From Spirochaetia bacterium (lineage in GTDB: Bacteria; Spirochaetota; Spirochaetia; SZUA-6; Bin103), in assembly GCA_965199955.1 (NCBI GenBank), contig CBDATQ010000001.1:1984001-2048000 (forward strand): DNA of 64,000 bases, given 5' to 3'. The notes beneath the pieces were generated by a model. The model was not told the DNA's origin, made no database searches, and saw nothing but the letters and a program-made list of their open reading frames with translations. The position numbers were made by a program, and so were the translations under genes. Below, one piece after another: positions 1 to 10,323 of the stretch; the stretch's first letter is position 1, and the number at the start of each line of letters is the position of its first letter.

Positions 1-768
1 GGGCCTACCGGGACGCCACTTTCAATCCTGGGTGCTCACCAGATCGGCGAGTACGACCTCTCGTATGGTCTCACCGACGAGCTGCTGCGCTGGCAGGACC
101 CGGCAAGCGGCGCCTTCGCGAACGACCGCCTGCCCGACGGCTCGATGTCGGACGACATGGACGTTCCGTACGCGTGCGGTCCCGGCTTCGCGGCGCTGGC
201 GATGGGCCGGCTGGACGCGGCGCGGCGGGTCGCCGGCTTCCTGCGCGCGATCTGGGATGCCCAGACGCTGGATGCCGGGGAGGGACTCCCCGGCCGGTTC
301 TATTCCTTCTGGTCGCGTTCGCGCCAGCGGACGATCGTGCCGTCGGACCCCGACTTCAAGCCGGACATGGTCGTGGAGAACGCCGCCGACTGGATGCAGA
401 GCTGGACGGTCGGCGGCATCGGCGCGGGCTTTCTCTGCCGCCTCTACCTGGCCGATCCCGACCCGGCGGCCATCGAGCGGGCCCGGCGGTACCAGGTCTT
501 CTCGATGGCCGCCACCGATGCCCAGTTCAAGTACCCCTCGGTGTGCAAGTCGAGCTGGGGCAGCGCGCTGCTGTACCAGGTGACCGGCGAGGAAAACTAC
601 CGCCGCTGGGCGATGCGGATGGGAGACTGGTACGTGGCGACCCAGGAGGAAGAGGGGTACTGGCACCCCTGGGTGGAGCGGATCGAGCCCGACCGCATCT
701 GGCTCACCCTGGAATACGTCATGCACCTCGACACGCTGATCGCGGCGCTCGCTTCGCGACCGGGTTGA
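1..768 (+). CDS. Hypothetical protein, probable alpha/alpha-toroid (prenyltransferase/cyclase-like repeat) fold; 5' end lies outside the window
   Basis: Frame 1 is open from base 1 (GPTGTPLSILGAHQIGEYDL...) into ORF 145..768. Has QDxxSGxF and QEEEGYW motifs and aligns by eye with 30119..31135. Confidence 0.6.
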   Translation, partial: GPTGTPLSILGAHQIGEYDLSYGLTDELLRWQDPASGAFANDRLPDGSMSDDMDVPYACGPGFAALAMGRLDAARRVAGFLRAIWDAQTLDAGEGLPGRFYSFWSRSRQRTIVPSDPDFKPDMVVENAADWMQSWTVGGIGAGFLCRLYLADPDPAAIERARRYQVFSMAATDAQFKYPSVCKSSWGSALLYQVTGEENYRRWAMRMGDWYVATQEEEGYWHPWVERIEPDRIWLTLEYVMHLDTLIAALASRPG

Positions 769-791
769 ACAAAGACGATGGGTTGATCTGC

Positions 792-1391
792 TCACCAGCG
801 ACCGGTGCTCGCGAGAGTGCGGCAACGCTCCAGAGTCCGGCTCAGGCTTGGCGCGTGTGCGCCCGCGCGTTCCGGATTCCATCGTTCGCGAACGTACTCC
901 CCCATCATCGAAACGTACTCCGGTCCGACTGAGCGAACGTCGCCTTCCGCCGGGACCATGCCTTCGCGGATAGCCCTGCTTCTCGAACGCCGGGCGAGCG
1001 CAATCATTCGTGCCTTCGGTTCGCTCTCATCTTCCGGAGGATGCGGAATTGCCGCCATCGAGATGCTGAGAAAACGCGCGAGCGACGGTCGATCCGCCAA
1101 TAACCACGCTTCGATGGAGCGCACGGCTATCCTGAAGCACATACCCGAGGCGGCGTGAGGAAGAAAGTCTCTCAGACGAATGGGAGCGCAATCCACGCGG
1201 TCCAGGTCACAGACCGCAAACCAACATGACCTGTTCGCTGCTTGGTTGAACTTTTCCAGGTATGTCTTGAAAGCAGGCAAGCTCCTCCGGTAGAAAACGC
1301 CAGCCTCAAGCGACGAAGCGGCAAAGACCCGTCGGACCACGGTCTCGTCGAGCACCCCTTCCACCAGGCAGCTTACCGGCTGGGGGAGCAT
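792..1391 (-). CDS. TOPRIM-like putative nuclease (DUF4276/DUF4435-like)
   Basis: N-terminal VEGVLDE, DLD (DxD) and SIEAWLLAD motifs. Start overlaps the ATPase stop (TGATG). Confidence 0.7.
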   Translation of the reverse strand: MLPQPVSCLVEGVLDETVVRRVFAASSLEAGVFYRRSLPAFKTYLEKFNQAANRSCWFAVCDLDRVDCAPIRLRDFLPHAASGMCFRIAVRSIEAWLLADRPSLARFLSISMAAIPHPPEDESEPKARMIALARRSRSRAIREGMVPAEGDVRSVGPEYVSMMGEYVRERWNPERAGAHAPSLSRTLERCRTLASTGRW

Positions 1392-2551
1392 CAGAAGTCG
1401 AACGCGAGCTGGTCGGCGCTCTTCGGAGCGGCGCGAGGCATGATCGCTTCACCCGGCGTGAGGTTCTGCTCGACCAACCGACGGACCTCGTCGATATCGG
1501 CAGCCCTTTGAATGGTGGTTCCTTCGTCTTCGGGATTGAGCAGGAAGACCTCCTGCAGGTCGATCCCCTCGTCATCGAGCAGGGCAGCCGAATGGGTTGT
1601 CATCAGAACCTGCCGGCCGGACTTGCGGTGCATGCCCGCCATGATGCCCGCCAGTCGCGAGACGAGGTAGTCGTGCAGGCTCAGTTCGGGCTCTTCGAGG
1701 AGGAGAGGACCGCCTCCCTCGGCAAGAGCCCAGAACAGCCCCAGCAGGCGGAGCGTGCCGTCGGAAAGAGCGGCTTCGCTCTGGCGAGCATCGTGCGCGC
1801 GCCAGTGGTTGTAGGTCGCGTTCAGATGCCAATCGCCTCTGGTGTCTCTCTCCAGATCGAATCGTTCGAAGTGAGGTACGGCAGCGCGCAGGGCTGCCTG
1901 GATCTTGCGTAGTCTGGCCTCGCGCGTGCGTCGATTCGTGTCCGCTATGTGCTCCAGCAGGTCGGAGCCGTACGGGTCGTCGCGGTAGTCGCCGTTGCGC
2001 CTGCGTTCTCGGACGATTTGCGGAACCAGATGCAGATACCGGATGGATCCGAAGAACGCTGCGAGCGGACGGAATCTCTGGTTTTCGCTGACCTGTTCCA
2101 GGTGGGTCTGCGTCAATCGCTCCGGGTCGGACTCGTCTTTCTTGTCTGGTCGATCGAGTATGGGTGCGTCATTCAGGCGAATACGCTCCCGTTCCACGAC
2201 CGGACGATGGCTCTGTGGATGGTTACGGAAGTGAAGCTCGTACGACCACCGTGAACTCTGATCGCGTGGACCGGCATCGATGGAGATGCGAACGCCTCGA
2301 AACTGTCTTGCGTGCAGCGACCGCACCTCTCGCATGCCGCCGCGCAGGGAAACGGCGTCGTCGAGACCCATGGCGGCCACGTCGCGCATGAACCGCAGAG
2401 CATCGAGGATGTTCGACTTGCCGGAGGCGTTCGGACCGACGAAGAACGCCCGGCCTCGGAGGGGCAACGAGGTTTCGTGGCTGAAGTTGCGCCAGGCGGT
2501 CATCGACAGGCGCGAGATGTTCCAACGGCGAAAGTCAGCGCGCTCGGCCAC
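1391..2551 (-). CDS. ABC-type ATPase (AAA_15/AAA_21-like)
   Basis: Walker A GPNASGKS, signature LSDGT, Walker B LLLEEPE, H-loop TTHS; no transmembrane partner nearby. Confidence 0.85.
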   Translation of the reverse strand: MAERADFRRWNISRLSMTAWRNFSHETSLPLRGRAFFVGPNASGKSNILDALRFMRDVAAMGLDDAVSLRGGMREVRSLHARQFRGVRISIDAGPRDQSSRWSYELHFRNHPQSHRPVVERERIRLNDAPILDRPDKKDESDPERLTQTHLEQVSENQRFRPLAAFFGSIRYLHLVPQIVRERRRNGDYRDDPYGSDLLEHIADTNRRTREARLRKIQAALRAAVPHFERFDLERDTRGDWHLNATYNHWRAHDARQSEAALSDGTLRLLGLFWALAEGGGPLLLEEPELSLHDYLVSRLAGIMAGMHRKSGRQVLMTTHSAALLDDEGIDLQEVFLLNPEDEGTTIQRAADIDEVRRLVEQNLTPGEAIMPRAAPKSADQLAFDF

Positions 2552-2624
2552 GGGGCAACGGTACGCGTATGTGGCGCCGCGGGCAAGCTCCGGCTATCAT
2601 GCGGTGAACCACTCTCGGAGGCAG

Positions 2625-2898
2625 CATCGATCCGCTGCCGGCTGGAGCCGGTCAAGAAGGTGGCGCGGATGATCAAGCGCCACCTGGACGGGATCCTCAC
2701 CGCCGTCGTGGACAAGGTGACCAACGCTCGGGCCGAGTCGATCAACGCCGGGATTCAGAAACTGAAGTACTCAGCGCGAGGGTTGCGCAACCGCAAGCGA
2801 TTCCGCAACGCCATCTACTTTCACCTCGGCGGTCTTTGATCTCTACCCCGCCGGTGTCACCCGGTGATCGCCCTTTCCACACGAATTCCTGAAGACCC
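2625..2898 (+). mobile_element. ISL3-family transposase 3' remnant with right end
   Basis: [16 protein letters not shown]...[34 protein letters not shown] resembles the ISL3 C-terminus. Ends in CCACACGAATTCCTGAAGACCC, an ISL3-like terminus. Confidence 0.8.
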
Positions 2899-2899
2899 C

Positions 2900-3800
2900 T
2901 CAACCCTTGATCGAGCCAAGGAGGATCCTTTTCGTGAAGTATTCTGGATCCACGGATAGACCAGGATGATCGGCCCGGTGGCGACGATCGCGGCCGCCAT
3001 TGCCAGCGACTTCGGGGTGATGATCAGGTCGATCTCCGTGGCGTTCTCGGCCATGTACGCAAGCTCCTGCTCCGTCATGTAGGCTTGGCGGATCAGCCGC
3101 TGCAGATACGTCTGCAGCGGAATCAGGTGGTCGTCGAACACGTAATAGGCGCCCCGGAACCAGTCGTTCCAGTGGTTGACCGCCTGGAACAGGCCGATGG
3201 TCGCCAGCACGGCCATGGACAGCGGTACGACGATCTTCGTGAAGATGAAGAAGTGGTTCGCGCTGTCTATCAGGGCGGCCTCGATCAGGCTCTCGGGAAT
3301 CAAGGTCTGCATGACGGTCTTGATGATCACGAAGTTCCAGGCCAGGAACAGGTGCGACAGCACGTACACCCAGAACGTGTTGAGCAGGCGCAGATCGTTG
3401 ATCAGCATGTAGGTCGGGATCAGGCCGCCTTGAATAGGAGCGTGATGAAGAACATCGTGATGAACGGCTTGCGGATGCGGAATTCCTTGCGCAACAGCGC
3501 GTACGCCGCCATGCCGGTGACCAACAGGTGGGACGGCACGTGCGCGGCGATGCGAGCCACGCTCAGCAGGAACGTGCGCAGCACGGCGCTGTCCTGCAGG
3601 GTCAACAGATAGTTGACCAGGGTGAAGCGGCGCGGCCAGAAGTACACGCCGCCGAAGGCCGTGTCGCTCGGGTTGTTGATCGACAGGATCAGGGCGTACC
3701 AGAACGGGTAGAGGGTGACGCCGATCAGCAGCACCATCAGGCCGTTGTTGAGCACCTGGAACGCCTTTTCCGGACGGGAGAGGATCTCGGCCGTGCAACC
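2900..3800 (-). pseudogene. Carbohydrate ABC transporter permease (frameshifted)
   Basis: Pieces in ORFs 3420..3755 and 2857..3798: IPESLIEAALID EAA motif, WNDWF, and a C-terminus ending ..ILLGSIKG that lies in a shifted frame. Confidence 0.75.
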
Positions 3801-3814
3801 GTACCCGACCTGGT

Positions 3815-4669
3815 CTACCAGATCCCCGAGCCGCCGAAGCGCTTCGACAGCGCGTTGGCGGTCAGCACCAGGACCACCGAGATCACCGAGTCGAACAGGC
3901 CCACCGCGGTGGTCAGGCTGTGTTCGGGATCGCCAGCACCAGCAGGATGGTGATGGTCGGCACCAAGCCGGGCAGGGTGATGTGGCGCACCTGCCGGAAG
4001 CGGCCGGCGCCGTCGACGATGGCAGTCTCGTAGAGCTCGGTATCGATGGTCGAGAGCGCGGTCAGGTAGATGATCGTTCCCCAGCCGACGCCCTGCCAGA
4101 TGGCGGTCAGGACGATCATGGGGGCGAACAGGCCGGGCGTCCCCAGGAACGCCATGGGCTCGCCGATCGTGGCTTTAAGGACCTGATTGACCGGTCCCGT
4201 ATCGATCGACAGGAGCTGGTCGAACAGCCCGGCGATGATCACCCACGACACGAAGTGGGGCAGGTAGCTGATGGTCTGCGTGGTCCGTTTGAACCACCTG
4301 ATGCGCATCTCGTTGATGAGCAGCGCCAGGATGATCGGCGCCGGGATGCCGAAGACGAGCTTGGCGGAGGCGATGACGACCGTGTTTCGCATCACCTGCC
4401 AGAACGACGGATCGCCGAGAAAACGGAAGTAGCGGTGCCAAGGGTCGGCGAGCGGGCTGAACCAGATGCCCCCTGCCGAAGTCCAGCTCGCGGATCGAGA
4501 AGGTGATCCCGTAGATGGGGATGTAGTCGAACACGATGACGGCGACCGTGGCGGGGAGCACCATCGCCAGCAGGCGCCAGTCGGACACGTACCGCTGCCA
4601 CCACGTCTTGCAAACGGTCGCCGGCGAGGCGACGTGCGGATCCGCTGCCGCGTCGCCGGCGGTGCTCAT
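3815..4669 (-). pseudogene. Carbohydrate ABC transporter permease (LplB-like), frameshifted and internally deleted
   Basis: YIPIYGI, SYLPHFVSWV, ELYETAIVDGA and C-terminal SGIW occur in different frames; the segment before AVGLF is missing. Confidence 0.75.
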
Positions 4670-4818
4670 GGACGTTGACCGGCCAGGAGGCGCTTGCGTC
4701 GATCGCCCTCGCGCGCGGGCGGGCGGTAAGGGCAGGGTGGGTGAGCATGGCCCCAGATGCGATGGTATCCATCGCCCGCCGCTCCGGCGCAACCCGGGGA
4801 CTCGACGCGGGTCTGGAC

Positions 4819-5943
4819 TTAGAGGTCCGCGTACGAGTCGTCCTCGGCCAGGCGCAGCATGGGCCGGTCAAGGGGCTCCGGATCGACGGTGCGCGCGGCC
4901 ACCGCGTCCGTGTCGATCTCGAAGCCCAGCCCCGGGCCGGTGGGGAGCTCCAGGAAGCCGTCTACCAGGCGGAGCGGCTCGCGGAACAGCCCCTCGCCGC
5001 GCTGCAATCCTCCTTCCATGACCAGGAAGTTCGGGATCGCGGCGCACACGTGCAGCGACGCGGCGATCCCGACCGGGCCGCCGTTGGCGCCCGAGTGTGG
5101 GGCCAGCGCCAGGTAGTGGCTTTCGGCAAGAGCGGCGATCTTGCGCATCTCCAGGATGCCGCCGCAGGCGCGGATGTCGGGCTGCAGTACGGCCGCCGCC
5201 TCGCGCTCGACCACTTCGCGGAAGCCCCAGCGGGTGATCTGCCGCTCGCCCACGGCGATCGGCACCGGCGTGGCCCGCGCCACGCCCACGAGCGCCTCCA
5301 CGTTCTCCCAGTGGCAGGGCTCCTCGGCGAACAGCAGCCGGTACGGCTCCAGCTCGCGCAGCAGCACCCGCGACATCGCCGGACTCAGCCGGCGGTGCAG
5401 GTCGATGGCGATGTCCACGCCGTCGCCGACCTCCTCCCGCACCGCGGCGACCGTGCGCACGGTCGGCTCCATGCCGGCCGGCGGCTCCAGGAAGCGCCAT
5501 GGCTTGCGCTCGGAGACCATCTTCAGCGCCGTGAAGCCCTGATCGACCAGATCGCGCGCCCGTCGCGGTTCGCGGCATCCGGCGTAGACGCGCACGCGAT
5601 CGCGCACGGGGCCGCCGAGCAGCCGCCACACCGGCTCGCCGAGCGCCTTGCCGGCGATGTCCCACATCGCCATCTCCAGGCCGCTCAGCGCGCCGACCAG
5701 GATCGGCATCGCCCGCGCGTAGCTGGTCCGGTACAGCACCTGCCAGTGGTCCTCGATCCGGAACGGGTCGCGCCCGACCAAGTAGCCCGTGAGCTCCTCC
5801 ACCGCGGCCATCACCAGCCGCCGGTGGCCGTAGCTCAGCGGCTGCCCGTAGCCGGTGATGCCGGCGTCGGTGGTCATCTCCAGCAGCAGTGACCCGTCGT
5901 CGAGCGGGAAGGTGCGCGTGCCGGTGATCTTCAGCGTTCGCAT
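4819..5943 (-). CDS. Mandelate racemase/enolase-superfamily dehydratase (galactonate dehydratase-like)
   Basis: EMAMWDIAGKALGEPV, GGPVRDRVRVY, IDLH, EEP, GER, LQPD, APH, PTGPGLG. Confidence 0.85.
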   Translation of the reverse strand: MRTLKITGTRTFPLDDGSLLLEMTTDAGITGYGQPLSYGHRRLVMAAVEELTGYLVGRDPFRIEDHWQVLYRTSYARAMPILVGALSGLEMAMWDIAGKALGEPVWRLLGGPVRDRVRVYAGCREPRRARDLVDQGFTALKMVSERKPWRFLEPPAGMEPTVRTVAAVREEVGDGVDIAIDLHRRLSPAMSRVLLRELEPYRLLFAEEPCHWENVEALVGVARATPVPIAVGERQITRWGFREVVEREAAAVLQPDIRACGGILEMRKIAALAESHYLALAPHSGANGGPVGIAASLHVCAAIPNFLVMEGGLQRGEGLFREPLRLVDGFLELPTGPGLGFEIDTDAVAARTVDPEPLDRPMLRLAEDDSYADL

Positions 5944-5979
5944 GGTTCGCCTCCTCGGCCGGCTATACTACCCGGCCGG

Positions 5980-6933
5980 ATGGAGTATCGGCGGCTCGGC
6001 CGTACCGAACTGCGTGTGTCGGCGATCGCGCTGGGCTCGGGCGGGCCGAACCGCTTCGGCCAGCACACCGGGGTCCCGGAGCCGGACATCCACCGGCTGG
6101 TGCAGCATGCGCTCGACCTGGGCATCAACCTGTTCGACACCTCGCCCGGCTACGGCGACAGCGAGCTGATCCTGGGCAAGGCGCTCGCGGGCGTCCCGCG
6201 CGACCGCTACCACCTCAGCACCAAGGTCGTGATCGACGACGCCGTCTCCGGTGAGCACCCGGCTCCCGTCGAGCAGGTGGCCGCCAGCGTGGAGGCGAGT
6301 CTTCGCCGCCTGCGGGTCGATCACGTCGACGTGCTGCTGCTGGCCGGCTGGCCGCAGCCGGGCGCCTATCGGCGGATCGTCGAGGAGACCATTCCCGCGC
6401 TCAGACGGTTGCAGCAGCAGGGCAAGTTTCGCTTCCTGTCGTCGAGCGAGGTGTCCGCCTACGACGGAGCCCATGCCTACCTGACGCGCGGACTCCGGGA
6501 CGACCTGTTCGATTCCGTGATGGTCGCCTACAACATGATCAACCAGTCCGCCGAGCGCGAGGTGTTCCCCCTGTGCCGGGAGCGCGACGTGGGTACGCAG
6601 GTGATGTTCGCCGTGCGCCGCCTGTTTCCCGATCCGGTGCGCGTGGACGAGACGCTGGCGGAGCTTGCGCGCAAGCGGATCGTCGCCGCCGGCGCGCTGC
6701 CGCCCGGCGACCCGTTCGGCTGGCTGCTGGACGGCCACACCCCGGATCTGATCAGCGCGGCCTACAAGTTCTGCGCCGCCCACCCGGCGGTGAGCACGGT
6801 GATGACCGGGACCAACGACATCCGTCACCTGGAGCGGAACGTCGCCGCCGTCACCGGCCCTCCGCTCCCGGACGAGGTCATGCAGAGGCTGGGGGCCACC
6901 TTCTTCGGCGTGACCGAGGTGATCGGCAATTGA
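5980..6933 (+). CDS. Aldo/keto reductase
   Basis: MEYRRLGRTELRVS, GINLFDTSPGYG, SELILGKAL, STK. Confidence 0.9.
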   Translation: MEYRRLGRTELRVSAIALGSGGPNRFGQHTGVPEPDIHRLVQHALDLGINLFDTSPGYGDSELILGKALAGVPRDRYHLSTKVVIDDAVSGEHPAPVEQVAASVEASLRRLRVDHVDVLLLAGWPQPGAYRRIVEETIPALRRLQQQGKFRFLSSSEVSAYDGAHAYLTRGLRDDLFDSVMVAYNMINQSAEREVFPLCRERDVGTQVMFAVRRLFPDPVRVDETLAELARKRIVAAGALPPGDPFGWLLDGHTPDLISAAYKFCAAHPAVSTVMTGTNDIRHLERNVAAVTGPPLPDEVMQRLGATFFGVTEVIGN

Positions 6934-8270
6934 GTTCCGCCTCGCGGCCCAACGTGCTGCTCATCACCACCGACCAGCAGGCCGCGCTGGCGGTGGGCGC
7001 CGCCGGCAACCCCGACCTGTTCACGCTCGCCATGGACGCGCTCGGCGAAAGCGGCGTGCGCTTCGAGCGCGCCTACTGCACCTTTCCGCTGTGCACGCCG
7101 TCGCGCGCCAGCCTGTACACCGCGCGCATGCCGCACGAGGTCGGCGCCGACTACAACAATAAGCCGATCGCGCCCGAGTTCCGCTCCGGCGAGCTGGGCA
7201 ACCTGATGGCAGACGCCGGCTACGACTGCGGCTACGGCGGCAAGTGGCACGTGCCGGAGATCGAGATCGGCGAGGGACACGGCTTCCGCAAGATCTGCGG
7301 CTTCGACGACTGGACGCTCGCCGACCGCTGCATCGACTTCCTGCGCACGCCGCGCAGCGCCCCGTTCTTCCTGGTCGCCTCGTTCGACAACCCGCACAAC
7401 ATCTGCGAGCACTCCCGCCGGCAGCGGCTGCCGTGGGGGCCGGTGCCGCACGCGCCGATCAGCGAGTGCCCGAATCTGCCGGCAAACTTCGAGGTGCCGG
7501 CCTACGAGCCGTCCCTGATCAAGCACGAGCGCGCCATGAAGCCGGCCGCGGAGCTCACCGAGGACGAGTGGCGGCTCTACCGGCACACCTACTACCGCCT
7601 GGTCGAGAAGGTCGACGCCGACGTGGCCCGTATCATGGCCGCGCTCGAAGAGGCCGGTCACGGCGCGGACACCCTGGTGATCTTCACCAGCGACCACGGC
7701 GACGGCATGGGCGCGCATCGCTGGAACCAGAAGTGGGTGCTTTACGACGAGTCGACCCGCATACCGCTCATCGTCAGGCCGCCGGCCGGCTGCCCGGCGC
7801 GCGTGGACGACGAGCACCTGGTCTCCAACGGGCTCGACCTGCTGCCGACGATCTGCGACTACGCGGGCGTGCAGCCGCCTGCCGATCTGCGCGGCCGGTC
7901 GCTGCGGCCGCTGATCGACGTCGGATCGGGCTTCCGCGGGGCGGCGTGGCGCGATCACGTGGTCGCCGAAACGTCCTTCGGTCCGCACGCCGGCGCCGCG
8001 CAGCAGGCGCGGATGGTGCGTACCGCGCGCTACAAGTACTGCCTGTACGGCAGCGGCAGGAACCGCGAGCAGCTCTTCGACCTGGAGCAGGACCCGGGCG
8101 AGATGGTCAACCTGGCCGTGGAAGCGCGCTACGCTGGCGAGCTCGCGCGGCACCGCGCGCTGCTCAAGGCATGGATCGAGGAGACCGGCGACCGCTCCTG
8201 CATGACCGGCCCGCACCAAGGGTATCAGGCGCTGGTGCCCGGTTACGAGAACGAGCCCCCGGAAGAGTAA
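6930..8270 (+). CDS. Sulfatase (formylglycine-type, choline-sulfatase-like)
   Basis: PNVLLITTDQ, CTPSRASL (CxPxR), GKWH, FTSDHGD; probable TTG start overlapping the upstream stop. Confidence 0.9.
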   Translation: MSSASRPNVLLITTDQQAALAVGAAGNPDLFTLAMDALGESGVRFERAYCTFPLCTPSRASLYTARMPHEVGADYNNKPIAPEFRSGELGNLMADAGYDCGYGGKWHVPEIEIGEGHGFRKICGFDDWTLADRCIDFLRTPRSAPFFLVASFDNPHNICEHSRRQRLPWGPVPHAPISECPNLPANFEVPAYEPSLIKHERAMKPAAELTEDEWRLYRHTYYRLVEKVDADVARIMAALEEAGHGADTLVIFTSDHGDGMGAHRWNQKWVLYDESTRIPLIVRPPAGCPARVDDEHLVSNGLDLLPTICDYAGVQPPADLRGRSLRPLIDVGSGFRGAAWRDHVVAETSFGPHAGAAQQARMVRTARYKYCLYGSGRNREQLFDLEQDPGEMVNLAVEARYAGELARHRALLKAWIEETGDRSCMTGPHQGYQALVPGYENEPPEE

Positions 8271-8313
8271 TGGCCGTCAGCGGTCCGGAGGCGCTGCTCG
8301 GCGTCTGCCGAGA

Positions 8314-8760
8314 TCACGCCTCCGGGACAGGATCCGGCTCGGGCAGGACGAAGTCCCAGGGATTCACCAGCGAGACCCCCGTGACTTCGTAGTCGCTCAC
8401 GTTGCGTGTCGCGACTTCCATCCTGTGCGTCCTGGCGATCGCCGCGATCTGCCCATCGGCGACGTCCATCGGCCTGCCGGCTCGCTCGGCGTCGGCTGCC
8501 AGATCGCCGTAGGCTGACGCGGCACGCTCGTCGAACGAGAATATCCGGCCCAGGAAGTGGTCGCGGGTCTTGCTCCAGAATCGGAGCAAGCTCGATCGCC
8601 TGCGGCCGGTCGGCAGCCGTACGATTCCGAATCGAAGCTCTGCGAGGGCCGTCGTCGGCACCGCGAGTAGCGGCTCGTGCTGCTCGTACCACGAGGTGAC
8701 CTGAGGCGCCGGCCAGTTCCGCGTCAGTTCGGAGAGGACGTTGGTATCGAGCAGGATCAC
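8314..8760 (-). CDS. vapC: PIN-domain toxin (VapC/FitB)
   Basis: MILLDTNVLSE, DGQIAAIA, ATRNVSDY. Confidence 0.9.
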   Translation of the reverse strand: MILLDTNVLSELTRNWPAPQVTSWYEQHEPLLAVPTTALAELRFGIVRLPTGRRRSSLLRFWSKTRDHFLGRIFSFDERAASAYGDLAADAERAGRPMDVADGQIAAIARTHRMEVATRNVSDYEVTGVSLVNPWDFVLPEPDPVPEA

Positions 8761-9005
8761 AGATCGACCGGCCTCTGCTTCTGTTTGTGTTCCCGAATGT
8801 ATCGGTCTATGTCTTCACCGGGTTCTATGACGCTCATCAGGTTGTACGGAAACCGCTCGGGCTCTGGGGTCTCCGAGGTATCGTGTGCTGCCTGGTCGAG
8901 AATCGATCGGGCGAGCGCTTCGAGGCTACAGCCGCTTCGCTCTGCGCGTTTGCGGAGCCGCTCCTTCGACTCGTCCGATAGTCGTCGAATGGTGATGCTT
9001 GCCAT
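8757..9005 (-). CDS. FitA-like ribbon-helix-helix antitoxin
   Basis: MASITIRRLSDESKERLRKRAERSGCSLEA; overlaps the PIN toxin start. Confidence 0.85.
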   Translation of the reverse strand: MASITIRRLSDESKERLRKRAERSGCSLEALARSILDQAAHDTSETPEPERFPYNLMSVIEPGEDIDRYIREHKQKQRPVDL

Positions 9006-9029
9006 GGAAGCCTCCTCCGATCAGAGGAA

Positions 9030-9045
9030 TGATTGCATGCAATCA
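9030..9045. promoter_or_regulatory. Perfect 16-bp palindrome TGATTGCATGCAATCA, probable FitAB-type operator
   Basis: Lies about 25 bp upstream of the antitoxin start; GCAATCACTTG recurs at 9107..9117. Confidence 0.6.
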
Positions 9046-9182
9046 CTTGCTCCGCAAGCCGTCCCCACGAAGCTACCACCGGCCACCTGCATCCGCGCGC
9101 GCCGGAGCAATCACTTGGCGAACGGTCGGCAGCCCCCATCTGTATGATCCATGGATGGATCGAATCCGGAAGATCGTGCGCA

Positions 9183-9893
9183 ATGACCGGCGACCATGAC
9201 CCACTCGCCGGGGTGCGCGGGGGCTACGATCGTTGGTCGGCCGTCTACGACCACGATGCCAACCCGCTGCAAGCCCTGGAGGAGCCACGCGTCCGCGAAG
9301 CGCTCGGCGACCCGAGGGGGCGGGACGTGCTGGATCTCGGATGCGGAACCGGCCGGCACACCGCGTGGCTCGTCGAGGCGGGCGCCCGGACTACGGCGGT
9401 CGACTTCTCGGCGGGGATGCTGGAGCAGGCCCGGGCGAGGGTCGCCACCGGCGACGTCCGCTTCGTCACCCACGACCTGCACGAGCCGTTGCCCTTCGCG
9501 GACACGTCGTTCGATGCGGTGGTGAGCGGACTCGTCCTCGAGCACCTACGGGATCTCCACGCATTCTTCGCCGAAGCACATCGGGTCCTGCGCGCGGCCG
9601 GCCGCGCGGTCGTATCCGCGATGCACCCGGCGATGTTCCTGCGCGGGAGCCAGGCGCGCTTTACCGACCCCGTCTCCGGGGAGGTGGTCATGCCGGGCAG
9701 CCTTCCCCATCGGATCGGAGAGATCGTCATGGCGGCAGTCGGCGCGGGATTCGCCCTGTGCGGTGTGGGGGAGTACGCCCCGGATGCCGACTTCGCCGGG
9801 CGTTACCCGCGCGCCGAACGCTACGTGGGCTGGCCGATGCTGGTGGTGCTCGACCTGCGGGCGGGCAGCGATCGCGATCCCCCGAGACGGTAG
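9183..9893 (+). CDS. Class I SAM-dependent methyltransferase
   Basis: [27 protein letters not shown]. Confidence 0.9.
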   Translation: MTGDHDPLAGVRGGYDRWSAVYDHDANPLQALEEPRVREALGDPRGRDVLDLGCGTGRHTAWLVEAGARTTAVDFSAGMLEQARARVATGDVRFVTHDLHEPLPFADTSFDAVVSGLVLEHLRDLHAFFAEAHRVLRAAGRAVVSAMHPAMFLRGSQARFTDPVSGEVVMPGSLPHRIGEIVMAAVGAGFALCGVGEYAPDADFAGRYPRAERYVGWPMLVVLDLRAGSDRDPPRR

Positions 9894-9899
9894 TCGGGA

Positions 9900-10261
9900 A
9901 AGGCAGCCACGCGACACCGCAGCGTCGGCGGACCGCGGCCAGGGCGCCGCAGGACACCGGGCGCAGCGGCCCTGCCCCGGCTACACACCGCCACGTCGAC
10001 GACCTCCGCGCGCGGGTCCATCCCGGTCGTCACCGTGTTGATGACCAGCACGTCGCGCCGATCGAGCAACTCGGAAAGGTTGTCCAGCGCAACCAGGACG
10101 GCGGCTCCCGTACGGGCCGGCACCTCTGCGAGCACCGGCATCGCGCTGCCGGCGCCCCCGTCTTGGGAAGCCCGCCGTCCGAGCGCCCATCCGATCGCAC
10201 CGGCGGCATAGAGTGCCAGTGCCGCCGCGACGGCGACGAGGATCCAGAGGACCGTGCTCAA
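9900..10261 (-). pseudogene. Truncated membrane-anchored DEDDh-exonuclease-like paralog
   Basis: N-terminal TM helix followed by LLDRRDVLVINTVTTGMD..AEVVDVAV; homology to the neighbouring gene stops abruptly. The 3' boundary is approximate. Confidence 0.6.
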
Positions 10262-10323
10262 CGTGGGCCGCCTTGGACCGCTTCCGCGCCACGCTGCGTC
10301 ATGGAAGGGGAGGCAGCCGGCGC

